In this document: positions 40,440 to 51,581 of the stretch, piece by piece | Position numbering within the stretch: the stretch's first letter is position 1 | How the letters are laid out: each line of letters starts with the position of its first letter | Assembly: GCF_000143415.4 (NCBI RefSeq) | Contig: NW_003314402.1 | Coordinates: 197,804 to 261,803 of the forward strand | Origin: Selaginella moellendorffii | Taxonomy: Eukaryota > Plantae > Lycopodiophyta | Direction of reading: 5' to 3' | DNA length: 64,000 nt | Translations under genes and position numbers: made by a program | The notes under the pieces: model-generated | The model's database searches: none | What the model was told of the DNA's origin: nothing | The model's input: the letters and a program-made list of their open reading frames with translations, nothing else

Positions 40440-42140
40440 TTTTTGAGACTAGAAATGTATATGGTTTTACTTTTGAACTAGGATAGTTTATATGTTTTAA
40501 TATAGTTAACACTCTGGAACTTGATTTATAATATTAAGGACATCAAGAATTATTTTAAAATTGGACTAAAACTTGATTTTCCTTATGGATTTTCAACTAC
40601 ATAAAAGATGTACATTCATGTAATTTATTCATATGACAATATTCTTTTGATAAGAGCATAGGTTGTGCTGTTTAACAAACATATGATGTTTTTGACTGGA
40701 ACTTTTATGAAAAAATTCCCACACTTCAATAAGAAAATAAAAAAATTTATATTGTTTTTATTTGCTGCAGAATGTCCTTTTTTAATTCTATATGAATTGG
40801 GATTGTTGGTTACAACTTCCATACATATAACATATAAATGTTCTATTGCAAACACCTTTACCACATATTTAATTCTTCCTTGGATCCTCATAATATAATC
40901 AATTGCCACTTCTATAAAATTGTCTTTATTGTTACTTCTATAGTAGTGTCCTTATTGTGGGCACCTTCTGGAAATTTGTGATAAACTACATCCAAAACTA
41001 AATAAAAGTAATTCCAAACATTGTTATAGTATGGCACAATGCAAACTTCTCTAACTAGAGCATCCATTAGTAAGATGCAAATATGATTAAACTGAATATT
41101 CCCTAAAACTAGAATATGAGAACCTATGTGGTGATATTTCATTAGAGTTCTTCTTAGTTCATCTACATAGTAACTGAGAAAAAATTATTAGCTTCTACCA
41201 AAGAAATAGACAGATAGACAATTTCTCACTAGTAGTATTTAACACAAATAAAGATTTCAATTGCACCCCTAATCCCAACTAAGAATATCTTTATAATTTG
41301 AGTAAAATATATATCACTTGGAAAACCATATAGTTATAAGCATGAAATATAATATGATTATTACAAACCTACCACCATAGTTGTGTTTTGCTTTTGCACT
41401 ATGATTTTAGCATGTATTGCCACAATTTTTAATTCTTCCTCTTTCATGACATTTTCTTCAACCAAATTATCATTAGGTAAACTATTCATCACTCATTCCA
41501 ACATCACTAATGACAAATATAATGTTCTCTCACAAATCATATCCAAACCCATTTGCTAGATTATATGGTTCTGACTTTCCCCCCAAATCCACTCTATTAT
41601 TTGTCACCGTGCTAACTTATGCATTTTTAGTGAGAGTAAGTGTTTGCCTATGCTTATAGAAAGTAGATTTGGTGAAAAAATAACCTTTTGTTGCCCTTGT
41701 TGCAACATATGATAGACAACAATAATTTTTCTTTCCTTTTTGATTTAGTTTGGTATGAACCATTGAGATGTGTCATTTTCTAGCTAATCTAGTGATTCTA
41801 ATCCCCAGACAAATATTACAATCAACATTACAAGGCAAACACATTCTTGCAAAACTTGTGAAACTTAAAAATACACGATTATCACATATCTTTTAGTGTT
41901 TTTAATGTTGTCAGCCTTGTGGTTTTTTGCTGCTTTCTTTCAAAAACATAATATTGTTATAAATATTTTTTTTGAGGTATTTTTCAAGTCTTTATTTAGC
42001 AAATTCATAATGGAGGTAGAGGAGATAAATTGCCCAATCCGTAATGCTTTTTGGGATTAGGCCTATAAGTAACATTTGATAAACATAAAACATAGGAAGG
42101 TTAAGGCTTTTTACTTGCATTTATTGATAGAATTTTTTTT
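40440..42140. mobile_element. Truncated AT-rich block, unit 4
   Basis: Near-identical to ~10890-12590. Confidence 0.45.
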
Positions 42141-42308
42141 CTACTGCTTGTGATCACTGAAAGCGTTGATCTTGGCCTGGATGTGGTGCGCCTTGTTCTC
42201 CAGCGTTTCAATGTTGGCATTGCAGTCCCATATCTTCTTAGCAGGGCCCAGAGCCAAGCCACACAAGGCGCTTGCCAAGACGCTTGTCAAGGAGCCCACA
42301 ACCTCCAT
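42141..42308 (-). pseudogene. NLR copy 5: 5' stub of exon 1 only (MEVVGSLTSVLASALCGLALGPAKKIW...DHKQ*)
   Basis: Near-identical to exon 1 of the other copies. It is cut off and fused to AT-rich sequence at ~42140. Confidence 0.85.
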
Positions 42309-43124
42309 GGCTGTAGACCTACAAGTAAAGGTTGTCTCCCTCCCAGAAAGAAGCACAATATTAACTCTTGACCTTGTAGATCGGAATTCTTCACTTTTTT
42401 CACAGCTGTGACTCACTCACTCTAAGAGATTCACAGTGAGCACCGCAACGATCGCTACATCGCTCGCAAGAAACACCTCTATTTGTACAAACAGACAAAC
42501 GTGGAGCACGTAAAGTACTTGTGTCTTTGGCCTAAAAACGGGCATCTTAAACGCCATAGCCAGAAAATGGACGGCGGAGATCTTTTGAGCAAGAACCCTA
42601 AGCCCCAATTTCTCTTGGCGAGGCGGCGAGAGAGCGATGGCGCAGAGAGATGCGACACGCCCGAGAAGAACATCGTCTTTTCTCTTGTACGGCGTTGATC
42701 CAGGCGAACGGGAATAGAGGGCTCCTCTGCCGATCTTTGATGGGATCCGGGCGATCTTGTCACCGACGTCTTGAAAGATCTTAGATTCTATCCGCAATCG
42801 CCCAGTCAATGCGATCCTGGCGATGGGTGCTCCATATCATTCTATTCCCGCCCGGACGTGATCTCCAGGATTTGCGAAGAAGAAGGTCGTCGATCAGATG
42901 CGCGATGCTGGCGCGCAATTGATTGGGGCTTCCCGCTACATTTTCCCGCGCTATCGTCTCTACTTCTCCATTCTAGGGTTCTTTCTTGGAGGCGACGTAG
43001 GTTTTCTATTGCCCGCGTGGTCGAGGAGACGGCGCTGGGGGGCGGCCTTGATCGGCGTTCTGGAGCTACACAGGTAATGGGGCTCGAAATAGGAAGAGGC
43101 TCCAGCTTAAGGCTCCGACGAGCA

Positions 43125-45089
43125 GTGCCAAGGCGAGGAGCCCCAGCCAGCGTTACGGTGACAACAAAGGCCCCTGGGGCAAAATGTTCCATCGGCAGTG
43201 GATCGCCAAAAACTCCTGCAAAAGCTGAGGCTTCTAGGACAGCAAAAATTGCCGAGGTGAGCAATGATAGTGGAGCAGAGGATTTAGACGATTCGGGAGT
43301 AGAAAGTGGAGCAATCGATGGTGGGGAAGAAGAGGTAAACAAGATCATGACTGGAGGAGGAAACGATGCCGAGGTGGAAAGAACAACAGTGGTGGAGAGC
43401 TCCATTGAGACTGTCAGGAAACATGGCGAGGCTGTTTCTAGCGCCTTAGCTGGACTTTCAATCAGAGGTAGTGCCTTGACCCACGGTAATCCCGTTAAGA
43501 TGAAAGCTGGTTGTGGTTCCGTGAAAGCTGAAGCTTCGGTTTCGATCGCAGCTGGATGTGATCCTATGAAAGTAGATGGATTGGTGAAAATGGAAGCTGG
43601 TTTTGAGTCTGCAAGAGTCGAAGCTCTGGTTGGCTCGGTGAAGATGGACCCTCGTTATGATACTGTGAAACTTGAAACTCCATTCGGGGGTTGTTTTAGA
43701 TGTTGAGAGGTGGTGGCTTCTCCAAGAGACTGAAGTTGCCGGGTACTCGACGTCCAGGGGATGCCGGATTCGTGTTGGCGAGTTCATTTCCTTCAGTTTT
43801 CCCAAGCCTGAAGCCGAAAGTAAGAAGAATTTCTTTGAGCACAAGAAGGTTCGGCCGAAAGTGAGCTCCGATATTGTAAGGTTCTTGACAAAAGCTTCAG
43901 GAGAGGTACGTTTCACTTGACTTGTTTCTTCGTTTTACTTCTAACCATTTGCTCACAGATAGGACGGCTTCCAGCCGACTGCGCCAAGTGTTTGATACCT
44001 TTGGGAAGTGCAAAATGGCACCAGAGGCTCTTTCTCTTATGAGCAGCATAGTTCTCCATTTGAGGTAGAGTTTTCTGTGTTTACCAGAGACGTTACGTAT
44101 ATGATGTGCTTGCAGAGTTTATATCAACAAGTCAGAAGCCTTACGAGGAGGGGGTTGAGCGCGGATTGAAGCTTCTGCAAGCTATCTTGAAGCCGGTAAT
44201 GCTTCGAAGAACAAAAGATTCAACTGATAAAGAAGGAAGGTAAGCATTTTTTTCTTTGCACCGTGCCTTGTCTTGTATTCACTCACCGTGCCTTGTCTTG
44301 TATTCACTCACAAGTTGGATTCACAGACCAATTCTTGTTCTCCAACCGGCTCAATGTGAAGTTATTGAATGCAAACTATCTGAGCCTGAACGTGATTTTT
44401 ATGATGCCCTTTACCACAGATCTAAGGCATGAAGAACTTCTCTTTCTTTTATTTTCTCTTTTTTCTGAACACGATTTTGCATTTGTGATCAGGTAAAATT
44501 CGATCAGTTCGTTGAACAAGGTAAAGTTCTCCATAACTATGCCTCGATCCTCGAACTGCTACTTCGATTACGGCAAGCTTGTGATCATCCTTTTCTTGTT
44601 CTGAGGTAGAAAATGCATCCTCTTATGTCTGAAGTTCCTCACGTTTTCTTCGTCACGCAGCCGTGGCGATACTGAAGACTTTGCGGACCTGGGAAAGCTG
44701 GCTAGACGTTTCTTGGACAAGAATTCCTCCCAGGTGCCTTCGACGGCGTATGTCAAAGAGGTGGTATTCGTAAAGGAGAAAGTGCTGAGTGCCCAATTTG
44801 TTTGGAGATGCCAGAGGACGCAGTTCTTACATTGAAAGTGCCGTGAGTGCCGAGAATGTGGACGATCGAGCATCGGTCAGACGAAGAACGTATCGATCAA
44901 GCGATTCATCATCAAAGTAAGCGCCACTTGAAACTCTCTTTGACGTTTCTCATGTCTCTAGAGCAGGACTCGGTGGAGGAGAGAATGCAACAGGTCCAAG
45001 CGAGGAAGCAGCGATTGATCGCGGGGGCTCTCACAGACGAAGAGGTGCCAAGCGCTCGAATCGAGGAGCTCAAAATGCTATTTAAATGA
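43125..45089 (+). pseudogene. RAD5-like fragment, unit 5
   Basis: N-terminal VKxE repeats, HIRAN, SNF2 and RING pieces, and C-terminus RIEELKMLFK*. Confidence 0.85.
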
Positions 45090-45552
45090 GAAGAACTGGA
45101 GTCCTTAGCATTTTCTTAACTTACATCAGGTTAAAGAGGGGAATATGCTTCTAGCTTCGGCGCGTATATTCTTCAATGTGTCATAGCTAGGTTTCTTCGC
45201 GGCTATGGCGGACAGCGAAGGAGCAGGCGATTGCGTCGCAAGCGCGTTTGATTCCGGCAGCATCGGCGACGAGCAACGTATGCATGCTAGGAGCAGCAGC
45301 AGCGCCAGCGCCGGCGCCGCGCCGCGATTTCGCTGGCCTAGAGCCGGAGTAGCCGATCTAGATTCATGCAAGCATATGATCTCTAGGAAATTGAGCTGAA
45401 CGCTGAGGCTTTGCAGGCGATCGCGTCGATTCCTCTCGTCTCCGCGGCCGGGGCGGCTAGAAAGCCGGGGCGCATTCTAGAGTTTCGGGGTTTCTGGGGC
45501 GATCAGTCATGTAGCGGGCAGTGATTCTCTCACAGAGAGCTGGAAGTCAGCC

Positions 45553-46567
45553 ATGACGTGGAATCCGCCACAAGTAGCTTGTCCGCCTTGACTGCCACTA
45601 CTCAGGCCGAGGATGAACTGGGCGTGGATGTGTCGTCTCCCAGCGGCGATTTGCTGCTCCATTTGAGCGGTGGGGGCGACGAGCAGCTGAGGAGCAGTAG
45701 CAGCTACAGGACCCAGCAGTCGCACCTTACGGTCCCTGCCACAGCTTTGCTCCTTCTGGAGGACCTGGAGGAGGAGGAGAAGGTCCTCCTCCACGACCAC
45801 TCTACGTCCCAGCAATAAGATTTGGTGGGTGGTCACCTTACTTCCAGCAGCACCAAGACCCACTTTTCCCTTCGGATCCATTCTTGACTCCGTCGGACCA
45901 CTGATTTCTACGCTCGTTTGCTCCTCTTCCAGTCGAGAGACCGTTCCATCCGCCAGTGCCGTATCCTTTTCCAAATGCTCCGACTTTCCAGCCTGCTGAT
46001 AATGTGGTTCATCCGCCGCATTCCTCTGGGGAGCTTAAAGCTCGTCCTGGCCTTCACTTCGAGTCTCCGGTGTTTGGACCCAGCGCAGCAGAGACCTCGG
46101 ACTCCAAACGCGCCCCAGAGCAGCCGAGGAGATCGGTTACACCTGCGAAGGATGACAAGCAACAATTCCACGGCAATGGTTCCGAGCTCCTTCAGTTGTT
46201 ACAGGGTGGTCCTGGTCGTGTGAAGCCCACAGCCTCCACAAAGGTGGATGCTACACAGGACAGTGGGGATTCTGGAGAGCCATCAAAGAAAGGAAGTCCA
46301 TCTGCTGTTCACGGCCCCACAGGATCGCCGAGGCGTCATGTCGTTGCTCCTCCGCAGAGTCCAAATGACCTCCTTGGACGTTTGTGGCCTGCTCTTCCGT
46401 CGTCAAGCCACACTTTGTTTGACGGAGGAAGCGAGCGCAAGGCGTCAGCCCGGAGCTTTGGCGTTGAAGTGAACGAGATGTCCCGGGAAGTCGATGGAGG
46501 TGGAGCTGCTGGTTTCGCACTTTTGAAGCGAAGGGGATCGGAGCCTGCCGCCTCGCACTACCTTTAA
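45553..46567 (+). pseudogene. URT1-like N-terminal fragment, unit 5
   Basis: Co-linear with 3941-4950. Confidence 0.65.
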
Positions 46568-46770
46568 ACGGCTACGACTATAACGACTCTAACCCCAGGA
46601 CAAACTCAGCATCCGGAAGACTACAGGACTATCGTGGGAGATACGTAAATGGAGAGGCCGAATTTGAGCCCGGAGGCGACGACTTTAGAGGAGGCGTCGA
46701 GGTGCCGGTCGTGCAGACGCCAGACGCGGTGCTCGGGGTGCTGTTGGCCAGTGCATTGCGGTAAATGAGA

Positions 46771-47135
46771 GGCTAGCCGCTTCATCCCATGGTGCTCTGC
46801 CTTTGTCATTGGCATGACAAGCGGATAGGAATCTAAGTCTTGATCAGTCCTGCTCTCAGCCCAGCTGATAACAGGCTGCACTTGAAGGAGATTGTGCTCG
46901 ATCATGGAGTCAACACTATCTTGTGCGATCTTGAGCTCGCACTTGGGCACCACACCATCCGGCGCCTTTGCACACACCCTTATCACCTCAGTCCATTCCT
47001 CTGGCTTCCACAGCGCATCGCTTCTCCCATCAAAGCGCTCAAAGCGGCGGGGAGACCAGCCTGAAACCATATCCGAAACGGCACTGCTGGTCGAGAGCCC
47101 TGCTTCTCCTCGAAAGACCTCCGCAGCTTCGCCCG
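46771..47135 (-). pseudogene. Unique captured coding fragment, possibly the C-terminus of a P-loop ATPase-type protein
   Basis: Open frame WKPEEWTEVIRVCAKAPDGVVP..DSVDSMIEHNLLQVQP..PLVMPMTKAEHHGMKRL, absent from the other units. The family assignment is a tentative resemblance only. Confidence 0.3.
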
Positions 47136-47663
47136 GCTCAGTGGACAGCGTTTCTCGACTTGTTAGAGATACCATTGAAAAGGTACGAACGTCTTTCCTT
47201 TTGGTGCTTTCTCTTTGTTTGTGTTTCTAACAATGCACTGCCAGGAAGAACTTCTGTTTCGTCCGCTTGGACGGAACGCTATCGCAGCGTCAGCGAGAAC
47301 AAGTGCTCAAAAACTTCGGCAATATTCCAGCCGTGGCCGTAAGCTTTTTGTGTTGCTTACCTCCAAGAAACCACTCTATTTTGTGGACAGGTCATGCTCA
47401 TGCTTTTCTCATGGTACGCGCTATAGTTTTCTTTTTTAGCCATCTTCCGAGTCGAGAATGTGGACGATCGAGCATCGGTCAGACGAAGAACGTATCGATC
47501 AAGCGATTCATCGTCAAAGTAAGCGCGAGTTGAAACTCTCTTTGACGTTTCTCATGTCTCTAAAGCAGGATCCAAGAGGAAGCAGCGATTGATCGCGGGG
47601 GCTCTCACAGACGAAGAGGTGCGAAGCGCTCGAATCGAGGAGCTCAAAATGCTATTTAGATGA
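47136..47663 (+). pseudogene. RAD5-like C-terminal fragment, partial unit 6
   Basis: QWTAFLDLLEIPLKR..RLDGTLSQRQREQVLKNF..RIEELKMLFR*. Confidence 0.85.
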
Positions 47664-48172
47664 GAAGAACTGGATTTTTTTAACTTATATCAGTTAAAGA
47701 GGGGAATATGCTTCTAGCATCGGCGCGTATATTCTTCGGATAGTTCAATGAATGTGGGCTATGCGTATAGGAGCTTTGGCTAGGGTACAAGCACTTCTAG
47801 GTTTCTTCGCGGCTATGGCGGACAGTGAAGGAGCTGGCGATCGCGTCGCAAGCGCGTTTGATTCCGGCAGCATCGGCGACGAGCAAGGTATGCATGCTAG
47901 GATCGCCTCGAGAAGCAGCAGCAGCGCCGGCGCCGGCGCCGCGCCGCGATTTCGCTGGCCTAGAGCCGGAGTAGCCGATCTAGATTCATGCAAGCATATG
48001 ATCTCTAGGAAATTGAGCTGAACGCTGAGGCTTTGCAGGCGATCGCGTCGATTCCTCTCGTCTCCGCGGCTGGGGCGGCTAGAAAGCCGGGGCGCATTCT
48101 AGAGTTTCGGGTTTCTGGGGTGATCAGTCATGTAGCGGGCAGTGATTCTCTCATAGGGAGCTGGAAGTCAGC

Positions 48173-49086
48173 CATGACGTGGAATCCGCCACAAGTTCCT
48201 CCCAGCTTGTCCGCCTTGACTGCCACTACTCAGGCCGAGGATGAACTGGGCCTGGATGTGTCGTCTCCCAGCGGCGATTTGCTACTCCATTTTCTCGAGC
48301 GGTGGGGGCGACGAGCAGCTGAGGAGCAGTAGCAGCGACAGGACCCAGCAGTCGCAGCTCACGGTCCCTGCCACAGCTTTGCTCCTTCTGGAGGACCTGG
48401 AGGAGGAGGAGGAGAAGGTCCTCCTCCACGACCACTCCACGTCCCAGCAATAAGATTTGGTGGGTGGTCACCTCACTTCCAGCAGCACCAAGACCCACTT
48501 TTCCCTTCGGATCCATTCTTGACTCCGTCGGACCACTGATTTCTACGCTCGTTTGCTCCTCTTCCAGTCGAGAGACCGTTCCATCCGCCAGTGCCGTATC
48601 CTTTTCCAAATGCTCCGACTTTCCAGCCTGCTGATAATGTGGTTCATCCGCCGCATTCCTCTGGGGAGCTTAAAGCTCGTCCTGGCCTTCACTTCGAGTC
48701 TCCGGTGTTTGGACCCAGCGCGGCAGAGACCTCGGACTCCAAACGCGCCCCAGAGCAGCCGAGGAGATCGGTTACACCTGAGAAGGATGACACGCCACAA
48801 TTCCACGGCAATGGTTCCGAGCTCCTTCAGTTGTTACAGGGTGGTCCTGGTCGTGTGAAGCCCACAGCCTCCACAAAGGTGGATGCTACACAGGACAGTG
48901 GGGATTCTGGAGAGCCATCAAAGAAAGGAAGTCCATCTGCTGTTCACGGCCCCATAGGATCGCCGAGGCGTCATGTCGTTGCTCCTCCGCAGAGTCCAAA
49001 TGACCTCCTTGGACGTTTGTGGGCTGCTCTTCCGTCGTCAAGCCACACTTTGTTTGACGGAGAAAGCGAACGCAAGACGTCAGCCT
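48173..49086 (+). pseudogene. URT1-like N-terminal fragment, partial unit 6
   Basis: Begins MTWNPPQVPPSLSALT..GDLLLHFL and is cut at ~49086. Confidence 0.65.
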
Positions 49087-51307
49087 GGATCGATCACCGA
49101 CTGTGACAGTGGAGGAAGAAAGCTCGGACTATTCCCGCTCAGCACTTTCTCCGACGCTGGCGTTGGAAACGGCGGCACAGCCACCTCCAAGTCGGGCTGC
49201 TCCAGCATTTTCACCACCGGCCTGGAGCTGTCCACGCCATTGCGGACCCGGGGCTTAAAAACTTGGAGTGGAACGAGTTCGAGCGGATGATCAAGGTGGC
49301 GTTTTGATGCATCCAGCTCGACCCGCTCTCCGGCCACGTACTTTTGGAAAGCCCACACTGGAAAGTAGCGGTTCTGGCCGATTCTCGACTTGTCGTTGCC
49401 ACTGAGCAGCTCCAGTAGCACCATGCCGTAGCTGTAGACGTCCACTTTGGAAGTGATGGGACGGTCACCGACCCACACGGGTGCCATGTAACCTCGAGTT
49501 CCTCGGATGGTGGTCACGTCGAGAGCCCGCTCTTTGTCAATGAGCTTGGCCAGGCCAAAGTCCAACACCTTTGGACAGAAGTTCTCGTCGAGGAGAATGT
49601 TTTGCGGCTTGATGTCGCGGAGGATGCAATCGTAGCACTCGTGCAAGTACGTGATGCCCTTTGCAACACCAAGAGCAATCGAGAACCTGCGAACCAACTT
49701 AGTAGACAAACTTTGGAAAGATCACGAACATACCTCGTTCCCCAGAGATCGATACACTCTTGGTCCAGTGATCCGTTGCTCAGGAACTCGTAGACGAGTA
49801 AACGATGGCTTCCCTCAGCGCAGTAGCCCAAAAGTTTCACTAAGTTGACGTGATGAACCCTTCCAAGGGTCGTGTTTCTCGCCGTGGCACCGTCATATCC
49901 GGAAGAACACCCTTGTAAACACTTCCGAATCCACCGGCCCCGAGCTTGCAGCTAAAATGGTTTGTGGCAACTTCCGGCTGCTCGTACGAGAACCATGTCG
50001 GGCCGCGGTGATTCTTGGAGGCTTTCTTCCACATTCCACGAAGTGATCTTCGCCAGCAGAACCACGCCGCCGCCGCAATGCACAAGAAAAGGGCGAGCTC
50101 TCCAATTGCGATACCCGCGTCGGAGAAGTAACTCCAATTTCTCAAGGAATCGGTATCCAGGACCGTCACAAACACGTCCTCGGAGAAAGAAGTTGTCGAT
50201 GGATCCAGTGCCGAAACTTTGAGAAGTGCGATGGAGGTCCGCTCCATTCCCTGGACACCATTGAAGAGTTTTCCATCTTCACCACCAAGAAGACTACACC
50301 GTTTTGTCCCCGCGAGCATGTACGTAGCACCCAGGCAGCGGCAATCCTTCAAACAAGAGTCCTTGCACTGCTCGAGGGAAATCGGATCTTTGGATAGTTG
50401 TTGCAAAAGATTTCCAACGTACATGGCCCTCGGAACTTCCACCATCTTGCTCGCAGAAGAAGTAGCGTTGCCAGAAGAACAGCTGAGTGGAAAAGTTGCG
50501 GACGCATCCGGCCGATTCACTGGAATCCACAGCATGAAATCCCGGTGGACACGAACAGCACTTCCTCGGCTTGTATCCACACAAGCCAAAAGCTCCACGA
50601 GCAATGCCGACTGCCATACCACTCTCCGCTGCCACAGCTATAACTCCTCAACGTTCCATTTTTTTCCAGCGTGAGACTCCGCTCGTATTGCCGAGATCTA
50701 TCGGGTACTTTTGAGCGTTGTCGAATTTGTAGCGGTACCAGGAGCTTCCGTTGGCATAAAAAAAGGCAAGATGACCATCGATGCCGAAAGTGAACTTCGG
50801 AGTGGAAGTCATTGTCAAGTCTGAGGTGTTGAGCTGCTTGTTGATGATGCCCCAGTAGGATTGATTCAAGTAGTCTTGGAAGTAAAGTTCAATACCCTGC
50901 CTGTTCATGCTAAGCCGGTATTTTCCAGCGACCAAACTCGTATTTTCACGAAGTTCTTGTCCTGGAAGGAGGGTATCTGTTGGGAAGTTAAAACTTTGCC
51001 AAATCCTGTCCGAGCTACGGTCAAGCAGCACGAGGTTGCCAGTTTCTTGCAAGGATGCGGCGGTGATAGAACAATTATCACAGCGGACAAGCCATACTAT
51101 CATGGACTTGTCTGTAATCACGAGTCCAATTTCTTTAAGATCGAGCTCTCCAGTTTTGCCTACTTTGATCCTCCGTTTCTCAGTCGTACTATTGTTCTTG
51201 ATGAGCACTTCAGTGGCCTCCCATCAGATTGCGAGAGTAAAGAGTGAACTCCAAAACCTAGAACTACAATTTGACTTGGTCAATGTCAACTGCGAGATAT
51301 CCTCCAT
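49080..51307 (-). pseudogene. G-type lectin S-domain (SD2-like) receptor kinase pseudogene
   Basis: B-lectin LQETGNLVL..WQSFNFPTDTLLPGQ; EGF CSCPPGF; PAN CKDSCLKDCRC; kinase [46 protein letters not shown]. These are split over several frames. Confidence 0.9.
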
Positions 51308-51466
51308 GATTTCTCACATCCTTCTGATTTTTGTTACGAATTCAAGGCGTTAAAAACAATTTTAAAGAAAACTGATCATACCTCACAAGAACGTGTTGTC
51401 TTTCTAACATAATAGTAGTGAAAGCAAAGTCAACTTGAAAGTAGCTGACTTTCACAACGATTGACT
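51271..51466. promoter_or_regulatory. W-box cluster (TTGACY x4) upstream of the intact S-domain kinase
   Basis: TTGACT at 51271 and 51461; GGTCAA at 51278; AGTCAA at 51428. Confidence 0.45.
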
Positions 51467-51581
51467 TGGGCTTTGATCAATTCAATCCGGGAACGTAACT
51501 CCATACGAAAGAATCACATAGCTTAAAACGATAGAACTGCCAAAAAGAAGAAAAACTTGGTGAGAGAAAGCTTTGGAAAAC

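Larger units (their letters stand above)
1..49086. repeat. Tandem array of a composite NLR-bearing unit; NLR start codons at 1077, 10557, 25432, 40076 and 42308
   Basis: Same-orientation repeats of [AT block]-PPR-RAD5-URT1-NLR modules. Start-codon spacings are 9480, 14875, 14644 and 2232 bp. Confidence 0.95.

Noticed and set aside
44259-44310. 25-bp tandem duplication (and a ~50-bp one at ~29045-29145)
   Set aside because: Ordinary slippage within pseudogene or TE sequence.
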